64,000 bases of DNA from Veleropilina oligotropha. Taxonomy: Eukaryota. The DNA lies in NCBI GenBank assembly GCA_048128005.1, contig JBEUKZ010000100.1:186001-250000 (forward strand). Reading direction: 5' to 3'. Shown here one piece after another: positions 15,101 to 30,100 of this stretch (its first letter is position 1; each line of letters starts with the position of its first letter). A program made the translations under genes and the position numbers. The notes under the pieces are model-generated. The model searched no databases. It was not told the DNA's origin and saw only the letters and a program-made list of their open reading frames with translations.

Positions 15101-18100
15101 GAGGACTAACACAATTTACTATTAATAATAACAATTTCAGACAATGATAGTAAGACATACCCTAAATTGGATTCAATACGACATTGTCAGGTATATTCAT
15201 TTTATAAAGAATCGACTAATTATTGATGCTCATACACAAACCTAAACAAAAAATATGAAAATAAATCTTTAAAGTTGGTTTCCTACCCTTGCCGTGCAAT
15301 TCTCTTCTGTGCATAGTTCACAATCAGAACTGTACACGATATAGTGAAGTTGGTTTTCAGACATCAACACTCCATTATTACTGATGGCAATGTCATAGTA
15401 CGTCGTAAATGTGAACGGACATTCTACGATGTCACTGCTGATAAAGATGGCCTGAACAGTTTCCACAGTAGACGTCAGGATAAAAGTGCCAGCAGTGTTC
15501 TACAAGGATATAAAAGTAGAAAGATTGCTGCAAATCAATAAACTATACCCTGTTTACATACAGAAGAGTTCATAGTGCATGCAAAAAAACATACCAAAAC
15601 TTAACAAATAGAAAGATTTATCTACTTGCATGACTTATAAATTATATACTGTAAATCAAGATATGTTAGCGAACAGGATATTTTAGTGTCTCGATTCAAT
15701 AAAAGGAATAGTAAACTACTTATTTAAAAACAAAATTTATATTGCGAATCTTTAATTATAGCAAATGTTGCTGGCCTATAATATGTATACTGAAACAGTT
15801 CTGTACAGACTGTCATGATACAGCTAGTCGAGTTAGTGTCCATGTGTCCTACAAGAGACTCCACTAAGCTTCGGGGAATGTCATTCCACCATGATATTCA
15901 TTTATGAAGTAAACTGCATGTACCTGTAATAGTGTCATGTGACAGATCAGCGTATCCGATTCGATGAAGCCTTCTCCATAAATCACCAGATTACATGGAC
16001 CCTGTGTCCAATCGCAGAGAGGCCCATCTTGAATTTTGTGCAGTTCTGGCGGGTCATTAATGCTGAGTAAACAGCCCGGGCCTCCATAGCCAACCGAACA
16101 GATGCAAGCACCTGGCAATTGCAAGGAAATACAATCAATGTACTGACCGACAAAATGTGGAAATTAAATCAAGAAAGCAACCCTTATGACCTTGTATATG
16201 ACTCTAAAATGGATTTGATATTAAAGCTAAATGGACACAAGTCCCAATGAATACATGTATCAACTATCAATTTCTTGCAGTCCATAACACGAGGGGGTAT
16301 GTCCTCTCCCACGGCTCAATGAGTTCACGCACAAATGTGTCACTTGAGCAAAACTTAAGGGCAATAATATAACTCATAACTTAAGGGTAATATAACTCAT
16401 AACTTTGGTTCAAACGAACTGATCAATCTCAAAATCGTTAGGCTTCGTTACCACATCATAATAATAAAACATCAAAACTACAAAAAAAAATGGTTTAACG
16501 TGACATCATCCAACTCTGCTTACGAGGTAGCAAACTAGACCTACATGTATAGATACTTATCAAATAACCTTACTCACTTAAGGTATTGAACTAATGACAT
16601 CAAGCAGCCTTACATACATAGGTTACTGTATTAATCAGTAACCTTACATACCTAGGATACAGGTGCCCTGATTGTTGCAATTGTTTTTACAGAGGAGAGC
16701 ATAGAGGCTATCCGGCGGGCCATTAAAGCCAAACCACAAGTTGATGTTCATCTCAAACTCCACAAGACATCGTTCTTCGTAATTGGTCACCATAGCAAGA
16801 GCCCAGGTATCATCGTCAGTCATCTAAATGACATAAAATAATGACAAATATTACAGTACATCACTGTCAGACTTTTATTTGATTTGAAGCGGGCAGCCCA
16901 CATTTTAAATGCTTTCAATCGTATTTGTGATTCAAATGATTATTCCAATTTCACTCGAGAGATGTCAAGCTATTGAAGACAAAAGTTTGAGGGAGGTTAA
17001 ATTTTGCTACAAATCCAATTATTTTGCTTTGTATCAGAATTATCTATATATTAAACAGGATAAGGATATGTGTACAATGGGCGTCTAATAGTATATGATT
17101 TTGATGGGAAAGTGGTCGATTTTCACCAGTATTTTCCCTTCAACTCTTTTAGAAAAATCAACTCTGGTTATGGCTAAAAGATAACTCAACGATATTCAGC
17201 TTACATTAAAACTGGCTAATTTAAAATGAATGCTGGATGCAGAAATGACAATGAACGTGAGAAACTTAATATGAAAAATATTCCCATATTTCCTTGCAAC
17301 AGATTTGCGATCAAAGTCAGCATCAAAACCACTAGATAAATTTATTCTTAAATTCCCTTCATATAACACCAATTTTAACATTTGACGCATCTTTATAACA
17401 GCTCGTTCTTATCTATGATATCTACGTAAGATGAATACCTTTATATCATCTACACATGATGAATACCTTTATATCATCTTCATCTACACATGATGAATAC
17501 CTTTATATCATCTACACATGATGAATACCTTTATATCATCTACACATGATGAATACCTTTATATCATCTACACATGATGAATACCTTTATATCATCTACA
17601 CATGATGAATACCTTTATATCATCTACACATGATGAATACCTTTATATCATCTACACATGATGAATACCTTTATATCATCTACACATGATGAATACCTTT
17701 ATATCATCTACACATGTTTACCTTTATATCATCTACCTATGTTTACCTTTATATCATCTACATATGTTTACCTTTATATCATCTACACATGTTTACCTTT
17801 ATATCATCTACACATGTTTACCTTTATATCATCTACACATGTTTACCTTTATATCATCTACACATGTTTACTTTTATATCATCTACACATGTTTACCTTT
17901 ATATCATCTACACATGTTTACCTTTATATCTACATATGTTTACATTTATATCATCTACACATGTTTACCTTTATATCATCTTCACATATTTACCTTTATA
18001 TCATCTACACATGTTTACCTTTATATCATCTACACATGTTTACCTTTATATCATCTACACATGTTTACCTTTATATCATCTACACATGTTTACCTTTATA

Positions 18101-21100
18101 TCATCTACACATGTTTACCTTTATATCATCTTCACATGTTTACCTTTATATCATCTACACATGTTTACCTTTATATCATCTACATATGTTTACCTTTATA
18201 TCATCTACACATGTTTACCTTTATATCATCTTCACATGTTTACCTTTATATCATCTACACATGTTTACCTTTATATCATCTACACATGTTTACCTTTATA
18301 TCATCTACACATGTTTACCTTTATATCATCTACACATGTTTACCTTTATATCATCTACACATGTTTACCTTTATATCATCTTCACATGTTTACCTTTATA
18401 TCATCTACACATGTTTACCTTTATATCATCTACACATGTTTACCTTTATATCATCTACATATGTTTACCTTTATATCATCTACACATGTTTACCTTTATA
18501 TCTTCTACACATGTTTACCTTTATATCATCTACACATGTTTACCTTTATATCATCTACACGTTTACCTTTATATCATCTACACATGTTTGCACGAGTGTT
18601 TCTTTAGCTATGGTGCTAACGCCATCACACATGGTCGTGAATTCTGAAGCAGCCAGAGACGTGATACAAAAATCTGTAACCTCCTCTTTACCACGATTAG
18701 ACACTGCAGTAGGCCAGGTAAATGTCTGTAAAAGAATAAGTAAAGATATATATTAAAAAGCAAATAGGCGATAATTTGAAACCACAGAACAAGATTTTAA
18801 TATGAATGTTTTATTGTTGAATTATAAGTGTCGAAAGTTTTGATGTGGTTGAAGCATCAGTGCATATTGCAACAAGGCAATCTGAGATTGCAAATTAAAG
18901 TGACAACCTTTGCCCCGGTGGCGAGGAATATGATGGTGACAACCTTTGCCCCGGTGGCGAGGAATATGATGGTGACAACCTTTGCCCCGGTGGCGAGGAA
19001 TATGATGGTGACAACCAGCAAATCTCTGTCACTAATAATTAAAAAACATTTTGAGCCTAAATTGAAGTTTGTACAGCGAAGTATTCTAGCACTGGAGCCG
19101 AAAATCAGCAAACCGGAAACTACGTCATACAATACAGATCCGCTTTTCGGGTAAATTTAGTAACTCAGATTAATGGTTGTTGAGATATCTGCAAACTGCA
19201 AATTGCATCATACAATCCAGATTCGCTATCATATTCGTATCATCTTTGAGGAGAAAGGAGCATAGAGTGAACCCCATCTGGTGTATATATTGAGTAAATC
19301 AGATCAATGGTTGTTGAGATATGTTCACGGACAGACAGACAATCACACACACTCTCACACAGACAGACAATCTGCAAACTGGAAATTGCATCATACAATC
19401 CGGATTCGCTATCATATTCATATAATCTTTGAGGAGGAAGGAGCATAGGGTGAACCCCATCTCATGTATATATCGAGTAAATCGGATCAATGGTTGTTGA
19501 GATATGTTCACGGACAGACAGACAATCACACAAACTCTCAGACAGACATACATACACACACAGACAAACTAACCCAATTGCAATACATTCTCCCACCAAT
19601 ATGTGTGCTTACCCCTTGAAACCCAACCTGTATCTCAGGTATATTGATGACATCTTCATTTGGCACCACGGCCAACTGAACAAATATATCCATTATTTGA
19701 ACACAGCACACCCCACCATTAAATTCACAGCTGAATTGTCAGATGAGGTGCATTTCTTGGACACCACAGTGCATTTCGCCAAAAATAGTGGTACCTATGG
19801 GTGTTACAATATGATGTCTGCGTAGTTAATGAGTTGAACTTTAAGAATGGTTAATTGGTATTGTTATAAAATTCTATATTGTACTACTGTAATGAATTAA
19901 TGATTGCACTGAGCGACGATGCCAAAAGAGATTGATTGTGACCTAGTGATCTGATGTAATTGTATGTATCTTATCAATAACAGTTAGAGGGAGGGAGGAA
20001 TGATGCTTAATGTCCATTATATTTACAACATCGAGGTTCAAGGCAGGACATGTCCGTGTTATTGCGGGAGGAAACCCCGGTCGCCCGGGTAAACCCGCCC
20101 TCTTCGTCCAGTCGCGGACAACTGTGATTCATAACTTGAACAAATGTCAATGTGTCAGCCAGGTATTGAACCCACTACTGTTCGCATTAGCGGAATCAAG
20201 CCAATGAATTTAGAGTGGACACTCTTACCCACTGCGCTGCCGAAGCGGCCAATAACAGTTAGAAGCCAGTTAATGAGAAATGACGTCACATAATGCTAAC
20301 ATTGGCTGGTATGTTTAGATAAGTGAAAGAGACTAATGATGTTTAGTTCTAAGTTCATGACGGATGATGCCCGAAAGTCCGTCTTTCTAGACACAATGTC
20401 ATATGGGTTAATTAGTTTCTCCAAGTCGCTTTGCGTCCATTTATGATGCAATATTGGACGAGTTTATTCTGAGGGTAGTCGGAAAATGGGAGGTTTTAGT
20501 GCGATCTTCTTGCTAAGATTGTTGGTACTGATAAGTGACTGACATATGAACATTGAGAAATAAAGACGTGTCCAAGAGCATTGAAATATTATGTGAGGAA
20601 CGCACATGTGTTCAGAGACGCACATGTTAGGTGTTGACGATATGTCAGGGGCAGTAGCCTTCAAAGGGAGTTAAATCCTTTGCACCATAGTACAGTTCGA
20701 ATCCGGTTTAGGACGAACTGATAAGGTTGACTGGACCTCGGGAATGCCAATCGAAGAAGAATGGATTATCGTATTTTACTAAGCAGGAAATGGACTTATC
20801 GCTGTCTACTGGATACGACTATGATTAAGGCTATTTCACCCATGTAATAGCGGAACCGATGTCTAGTTGGGTTTCACGTTAGTCACGGGACGTGAAGTTC
20901 TTACCATCAAGCAGACCTGACGGAATTCACAACACCCCGAGGATGATCTGGTTATTTACACAGACACATGGTTATGGAGACGATCACGAAGATAGAATAC
21001 TTGACTACATTTGAGACGACCATCAGCAGCACAAACCTCAGAGTTTGGCTATGCTGTTCCCGACCGAACTCCACTGCCGTTATCAGAACAATTTGTTACA

Positions 21101-24100
21101 TTAATACTGTTATGCGGTGACGGGCATTCCGCCAGTTACCGAAGTCCAACTGGCAGTTACAAACACCCGCAGCGCAACATGGGTCGACCAAACCAACAGA
21201 CACACATGCGTATCTCCACTATGATTCGTCGCATCCACTCCATGTCAAACAAGCTGGACCATACGGACAACTTCTGAGAATTAAACTGCACGCGTAACTC
21301 AGACTATCTTATACACGAATCAACACTGATCAGATATTATAGATACCGTGGTTACCCAGACACACTTCTGAAATCCAGCATGCTAAGAACCCATCGTATG
21401 GACAGACTGGACTTATTGAAACCACTACCTAAAGTCCAAACCAACATTAAGCGACAAAGTACAACCGACACAACCCCAACAACCGAAAGTTGATCGCAGG
21501 CACATGGCCTATCTTCCAACTATCGGACACCAAATGGGACCTCTTCATAAACAAACCGCTTGTTGCATTCAAACGTACCAACCTCAATGACATTCATGTC
21601 AGGGCACAATACCCGAGAACAAAGATCCATCACAACCCATCAGCACATACAAACAACTGGTGCTCTAATCCTAACTGCAGCAAGTGCGTATGGATATCCC
21701 AGACGAGACATTTCCAATGCTCTCATACTAAAAAATCAAACCGCAAAAAATCGGTTGGGGACTGTCTGATGATGAATGTCATTTACCTCATCACTTGCCA
21801 TTGATGCAAAACCCAATATGTAGGCCAAACAAAGAGACAATTCAAACACCACCTAAGTGAACGCCTTCGCTACGCCCGACACAACAAAGACGAACCTACA
21901 GGTGTTCATTTTCACCTACCACACCATTCGTTCAAAGACATGCAATTTGACATCATCGATGTGCCTCCGGGTATTCCAGATGACCCTCACTCGAAATCAC
22001 AGAGGAATTCAAGGGAAAACTACTGGATTTTCCAGCTCCATACACTGAAACCCGTCGGTCTAAACTGTTTGGACCTAGCCTGAGACTAGCACCTCCTCCT
22101 TTCCAGTTTTAATAATTATTGTAGTTCACCAATAAAAATATTAAACAATTTTTAAGAATATTCAACTAGCATATTGCGCATAAAATTGAAGTACACGACA
22201 GCGTCGATATAACGCGGTAGTTGGGGTCCAAAATATCGGGACCGCGTTGTATCCGACCGCATTATAGGAAAGTTGTATAATTACATAGACGATGCGATGC
22301 AATGCAATAAATTAACAGTACCATAGGAATTCATTGAATCATATTGATATGCATTGCTTAGTAAACATTCTACAAATGTATGTTTATAATAACTAGAAAT
22401 ATGTCCATCGGACACGAATGCCCCCACTGGCAGCCTTGACCATAGAGGCAGTGTACAAAGTATCAAGTCAATCCATGAAGGCAAATAGAAGTTATAGCAG
22501 ATTGGAGTTGCTTACACGCAAATACTGCCCCGGACGGGACGGACGGGACGGACGGACGGGACGGACAAGAGTAAATCTAAATGCCACCCCAATAAATTGG
22601 TGGTGGCATAAAAATGTATCTGATGTTTTTTATTAAATTATCTCATATAAATCTACGTACGCTTAGGCCAATTTATTTTCCTTTCTGTAAATTCCCCGAC
22701 AAACGACACAAGACCAATTAGCGCTTTGCTGATGTAACGCATCGCTGCTCATTTTCAAACGGCTATTGAGGGTCTTGTTAATTGTTCCACTTTTCGCCTG
22801 GTGATTTCATTCATTGTCACATTAATAACTGTCAATTGTTCCAATTCCTAGTATAATTTATTTCTCCGGTCCTGCATACAGCGCAACAAAAGCCATTCGA
22901 AGGTTACTTTCAATTATAATACGCCAATATAGATGGCGCTATTGCAGCCAAAGTTTAATTTGGGCACTGCCCATGTTAACTTCGACAATGCCCAACTATT
23001 TTATTTTATACAAAAAATGTAATCTAAGAAAATAAAAAAAACACGGCACTACTTTTATTAAAATTGCGGACATCAAGGGAAGTTATAAAATGGCAGATGC
23101 GCTAACTTTGATTTGTGGTGCTACAATCGCATCTATTAATGCACTATTAATTGTTGCTGTCGAGAGTTGAATAAAGAACACAAAAGGTATTTAAGATTAA
23201 TTGGGACTCTTACTTCATTCAATGGGTGGGGAATTACTGAAGTGTCGAAGTTGTTAATGAATAAAGCAAACAATTCATCCACTGGGTCTGTTCAAGTACA
23301 GTGAAGGAATGACTTCGGGCCGCACTTGAATTAGTTAATTGGATTGTGAGATTGATATTAAATTTTATTGCTTCTTTAAAATTTCATTTAATATACATTT
23401 GCATCGATGTTAGATACCATTTCTATTGCCGACCCCTAAATTAATTCTGAAAATTACACTATACTAGTATGTATAGCCTAATCTAATTACCGCGATTCAA
23501 GTTCAGCTTTAGAATAATTTTTAAAGACTACAAATATTTTGGGAGCCATGGATAGCCCCATGTTATAACCGATTACGCGCTATACCGAGGCACGTTGTAT
23601 CGAGGCTGTCGTGTAATGTAAAACTAGTTATCACAGGAGTGATCACATAATGCTCCCACAAAAGTGATTGACCCAGGAACAGGCTGTCACAGTGACTTTT
23701 GGTACTCGACACACCTAGTTTCGTGTTTCTCGATCAAATAGTATGGGAGATATGGAGCGGAATGGAATTTTGGATCAAATGCTGTAAAGCGTGAAATGTA
23801 GACAGCGACCTACTTCACTTTCGGTACGCGACACATCCTTGGGATATGATGCATCCACACATTTAGTTGTGTCCCTAGGTCAAACAAGAAGACAAAGCCA
23901 TCAATATCCCCCGCAATGGTACATTCACAATAATTACTATGTATGCTTCATGTTCGTGAAACAATATCGTTGCTTTAAATAATAACAAGGGCAATAACTC
24001 TGTGAATATTTGACGTACAATGTCGAAATTAATGAAAGGCACAAGTTCAACAACTGCTTATTACACCTACCAAATTGCGTAAAGTTATGCCAAGCAGTTT

Positions 24101-27100
24101 ATGAGATACGCTTCGGAAAGGAGCAATAACTCTGTTTATGGTCACCATACAACGTCGAAACTAGCAAAAGGCACCAGTTCACCGACTACTTAATACATCC
24201 AGCAAGTTTTGTAAAGTTATGTCAAGCGCTGTATGAGCTAGGTTCCAGAAAAGATAAAATTAACGAATTTAGAACAAGGGAAATAACTCTGTTAATAATA
24301 GTGACACGACATCGAAACTAGCAGAAGGCACCAGTTCACAGACTACTTAATATATCCAGCAAGTATCGTAAAGTTATGTCCAGCGGTGTATGAGCTAGGC
24401 TCCGGAAAAGACATTAACAAATTTTGAACAAGGGAAATAACTCTGTTAATAATAGCGACACAATGTCGAAACTAGCAAAAGGCAACAGTTCACCGACTAC
24501 TTAATATATCCAGCAAGTTACGTAAAGTTATGTCGAGCGGTGTACGAGCTATGCTCCGGAAAAGAGAAATTTAACGAATTTAGAACAAGGGAAATAACTC
24601 TGTTAATAATAGCGACACGACGTCAAAACTAGCAAAAGGCACCAGTTCACCGACTACTTAATATATCCAGCAAGTTTCGTAAAGTTATATCAAGCGGTGT
24701 ATGAGCTAGGCTCCGGAAAAGATAACATTAACGAATTTAGAACAAGGGAAATAACTCTGTTAATAAAAGCGACACGATGTCGAAACTAGCAAAAGGCACC
24801 AGTTCACCGACTACTTAATATATCTAGCAAGTTCCGTAAAGTTATGTTGAGTGGTGTATGAGCTATGCTCCGGAAAAGAGAAATGTAACGAATTTAGAAC
24901 AAGGGAAATAACTCTGTTAATGATCGCCGCACAACGTCGAAACTAGCAAAAGGCACCAGTTCACCGACTACTGAATACATCCAGCAAGTTTCGAAAAGTT
25001 ATGTTGAGCGGTGTATGAGATATGCCCCGGAAAAGATAATTTGCACAGACGGACGGACGGTCTGCATTTTAATATCCCCGCGAATTTTTTTTTGCGGGGG
25101 GATAATAATATGGGAGACATAGAGTGGAAGGGAATTTTGGACCAATTGCGGTCAAGCGTAAAAAGTAGGTCGCGGTGACCTACTTTTGGTACACACATTT
25201 GGGTTAGGACGCATCAAGTGTCATGTCCCTAGGTGAAATAGTATCGAAGATATGAAGTGGAAGGGAATTTGCAACAGACAGTCTCCTATATGCCCTCCCC
25301 CTAAACTTCGTTTGTGGGGGCATAATAAAAGTATGTGCATGTATATACGAAAATAAATTAAAAATGACTTAAATATTTGAAATATAAAATAAATATTCTA
25401 GCTTAAATATAATCATGCGCTTAAGACAATTATTTATTGTGGTTTAAAATTCAAAAACAAATTGAATGCTTTTATATTAATAACGGTTAATTACTTACAA
25501 ATTCCACCTGCTGGAGGTTGTAGACGAAGTCCAGCTCCTGCTGGGTCGTATAGCACTTCGTGGGCGATCTGGCACTGCTTAGGAGGAACTCGGTGACATC
25601 GGTCCCTGGACGAAAATCGTGGGTGTATAAAGTGTTGAATTTTTTTACATGTAATGACATTATTTTCATTGCTCCCGAGTTTTGGCAAAACTTTGATCAG
25701 ATTGGCAAGAATCGACATCACTCCGGATGTTGAATGTCCTGCGAATGGCCAAGATTACTGACGACTGTTGAAAGAATGCACCAAGTTTTTTCAATGTAAG
25801 CTACGATCTACCACAACTCCACTCCGTTGCCAGTACTAATGCAGTAGAACATGTACCTATCAGGAATCACCACGATCTGTGCCACGAATCACTACAACTG
25901 TACCACGATTGCATTACGACTACTCCCGGTGTACTCCCACGTCCGGCTGAATCGGATATAGCTTGGGAAGTGGCACGAATGAACAGGATCGACTATCACG
26001 AATGCCTCTACGACGTTCTCAAGAATGTCATGTCTTAAAAATTGATTATCATTCCCAACAGTTTTTAAAATGTTCAAAATTGTCGGGACCCTATCCAGAT
26101 GACCCACCAACACTCAAGAATACTGGCGCCACCACTACGATTGCTGCAGATTTTTCGTGGGTAGTCAGGAGGAAAATCGTGACAGTGAGACTGGGGGTTA
26201 AGCATAATGATACTTAAATATTTAATAAAGTAAGACTTTGAAAACTAGAGACAGTGATCACGAATGCCTCCCTTATGGGATATGTCTAGGTCACATATTT
26301 AATACTGTAACAGAGGTATAAACCTACAAACGTTAAAGGCTGTGGCGAGTCATTGTAACCTCACCTTTCTGTTTGTTGCTGGTCCGATCAGCGGCAGGCG
26401 AACATGGCTGAATGTCATGTGACGCAGAACACGCCGAATCCAGGGATGCCATACACGTGCAGTAGACTTTTTCCGGAAGATCTTCCTCATCTCCTGGACA
26501 GTAGCCGGTGAATAGAGACTCTTTTTGAGATACACTGTAGAATTAAACAAACACAATTCAACTACAATTTATGAGATCTTTTCTTTAATTAATTGCCAAA
26601 ATCAAACTTATGATCTGATGTTTTGCAATGAAAGAAATAGAAGCCCACTCTTTTTAACAATTTTACGTCATACTACAGTCATGACATTCGGCTTAACATC
26701 ACCATCCAATGAGACAGCTTCATCACAGCACTCAACCAATGAGACAGCTTCATCACATCACCAACCAATGAGACAGCTTCATCACAGCACTCAACCAATG
26801 AGACAGCTTCATCACAGCACTCAACCAATGAGACAGCTTTGTCACAGCACTCAACCAATATTCTTAGCGTGGTCATCTATCCAAGGAATGTAGGGCTCAA
26901 GATGATTAACATCAGCGATCTGACTAGAACCTGTACATTCAGTGTGGCGCACATGGGGGGAAACACCAACAAGTCTTGGTGTTACCCCAATCAGAAAGAT
27001 CAATGATCTTACTTTCAGCATTCCTTATCATGAACAAGCTAATATCATTTTGTCTCACCTACTAATAAAGTAAAGATTTCGAGTTCGAGTCTTGATGAAA

Positions 27101-30100
27101 CTGTTGAACAAATGCTCTCGGGACTTCACAATTACAGTCAATGCATGCTATCAGATACATGCAAAACTTGGTCAGTGCCAACCAGCTGCAGCACTCATAT
27201 AGGCTGGTAAGCTGGGTGAAATGACGCAATTATGGGCTTGTTTCCTTGACCATGGGAAATAGGCCCGATGGGTTTTGAACCTAACCATCTGCACCCATAC
27301 CCGCATCCTAAATCCAGTGAACCCACAACAGAGATTTAACAACATCTTACCGCCACGTTTCCGAGAACTCATTTATCTCATTTGCTTTGCCAGTAAACAT
27401 GACACCATCACGTTTAATGAATTCATTGTCATCATCGTCATCAAATGTTCCACATAAACCTAAAATAAGAAGTTTTCTACTTCAAATATACGCGACATGG
27501 AATCTGATATACACTGTTGATAGTCACGTCAAGTGATATTAAAAAGCATAGAATAAATTATGTTTAATGAACACACCATAAATTGTTTTGTCTTCATCAT
27601 GTCAATCAACTAAGAATAAATAAATGAATTGACTCTGTGTGCAATGGAGACAGCATTTACGGTAAATTTTAGCTATCATTATATATGCAACTTTCATCTT
27701 AATTAACATTATTACTGCTATAATTGATACTAGGTCATTACTGAATTGAAGACATGCGTGCATTGCCATTGGTGGTTATAAAAAATATCATGATCTATAC
27801 CAATTAACCTGATGTGTGACCAAAGTCAGCAGCTGATGCCTGAATCCACACGTTGACGAAGGTCTTCTTGGATGCATCGATCTTTATAACTGTCCCAGTT
27901 GGAAGATATATCTGGAATGATAAGAAAACAAGATTGAAATCAGTCCTGTTATTGTCATAACGGAAATGATAAAAGAATGTCATTGATGTCTCGGTAGCAT
28001 AATTGGTTCTAGTTATTGCATTCTGCCTCAAATGCACTTAGATATGACACTACTAGTTGTATCATATTGTTTGCCAAGATCATGGTCAGCTGTGATTGTG
28101 ATTCCGGATATGCCTCCATAGTTCATGTGGCAACCAAATTGAATATGATTGACAAACAAGCAAGAGCCCATTAGACAATGGATTCATCCCCGCCTTCTGC
28201 AATCACTCTGATATAAACTTTAACCAAAACTTATATGTCCAAATACATCAAGTTTCTTCAATATTTGTACAAAATAATATTCAATATCATTGCTAGAGTA
28301 AAAGGTATTATCAATATAAGCATCACCAAAGAATATACATGTATGCAATACTGGAACAGAATGGAAATTCACTCAACTTTACCAAAAATGTCTATGTCCA
28401 CAAACACTAATTTCACATGTTATTTATATTATAAATCACTTGCAGATGAGGGAGCAGCATCAATATAGTCAACACTAAAGTATATGGATGTAAAACAGTG
28501 TATAGAACAACCCATATGCCCATTGAAAAATTTGAACAAAACGAACCAAAATTTCTACGTCCACAAAATTTCTATGTTCAAAAATACCTACATTTATGCA
28601 ATAATTATATTAAATTTTATTCAATCTCACTTCCAGCGTACCAGGTGTCATCCATATAACGCCTACAAAAGCATATATAAGCCAAAAAGTATCATGGGCA
28701 AGCTATATACACTCAATTCAAAACTTTAACCAAATTGTTTATGGACGGACAGATGGACGGACGAACATGGCAACAACAATATCCCAGCTACCTTCGGGCG
28801 GGGGATAAAAACCATAGCTTACTCTGTAAATTTTCCCCTTTTTGTACTGTATAACATTGGTGCCTGGTGTGAGGTCGTCATTAAGGTAGATGAGCATCTT
28901 TAGTGGCTGTTTCTTGCCAGTCCCGTCACATCGGTTGAACAGGAGGACATCGTCTCCGGAGCGTACGGCTACTCCGCAGTTGCATGTTGCGTGGGATTTC
29001 TCGCTGCACGCACGGTAAAACGTCCTCACCTGTATCAAATAGGCATAGGTAAGTGAACAAACCCATGTTAAAACAAGATACCGCTTCTTATTGACAAATT
29101 ATTATACAAATTTTCTAGTAAATAATCATTATGATGGCAAAATAAACTGTTGTCCTAAATTATTTTTCAGTAAATATTTTCTATCTGAAATTCTGGACCA
29201 CAAAATGAAACGTACCGGTACATTTTGCGAAAAGTTGAAGATTAGAAAATGTGAATGGTTTCATAATGTCATAATTAACAATCATTTTATTCAAGTATTA
29301 CGATCAGCACAAAAAAACATTGCTTTCTTATAATCATGGTGTCAATGATTTTTTTAAATTCTGAGACATTCCGAAGCATGATTTAAAAGTCATCTCAATT
29401 CAGTGCTGATTCCTTCCTGAAATTCTACGCTACAAGATAAATTTAGAAGTAAGAACTCTCAACACAGACAGACATTTTGACAACAGATGTACATAATTAT
29501 CTATACCTACCTCGTATGGAAGAGTGTCATGTTTGTAGAGGATGAACTCCCCTTCTAAGAAGTTATCGTACGAACTGCAAAAAAATGGGTAAAATCATTT
29601 TAGTTAATGTTTCTTTATAAGAAATTTAAATATTACCACGACAAGCAAAATAAATTGTCTTTAATATTTTAAATCATGCAAGACACCATAGAATGACTAG
29701 AACTATAAAACTAGAGCTGCATCGCCGGTCAACGGGCCTTACACCAAGCAAGGCCCGCCCCGCGACAAGTGAGTATGACCCAAACACTATTTTTAGCCCA
29801 TAAAAAATTAGCTATTATATTGTTAAGGAGAAAGAGACAACAAGATACGAGTTTTACGTATTAGATATTACAGATGTATCAAATTTGAAGATGAAAAATA
29901 TTATTATAATTGCTAGACAAGTCTGATCAAATTGAGCTTCTTGTCCTAATGAAGCCTCATGGTCATCTGAACATGGACAGAAATCCAGATAGAAGTGCAA
30001 TGTTTTAACAAGTGATTGCCACTAAGTGGCGATTGTCCCCCGCCCGTATTATTGACCACATATATTTTTGCCTGCTGTGTATTCAGTAATTCAATGAGAA

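Larger units (their letters stand above)
19605..22083 (+). mobile_element. Decayed Penelope-like retroelement (RT C-terminal part plus GIY-YIG endonuclease), interrupted by a solo LTR
   Basis: YLRYIDDIF...LNTAHPTIKFT...VHFLDTTV; after the insertion KPTDTHAYLHYDSSHP...PYGQLLRI; then NVIYLITCH*CKTQYVGQT...ENYWIFQLHTLKPVGLN, with stops and frameshifts. Confidence 0.88.

Noticed and set aside
17658..18756. Three overlapping 297-356-aa plus-strand ORFs
   Set aside because: They result from a stop-free 25-bp minisatellite read in all three frames; the real exon is on the minus strand
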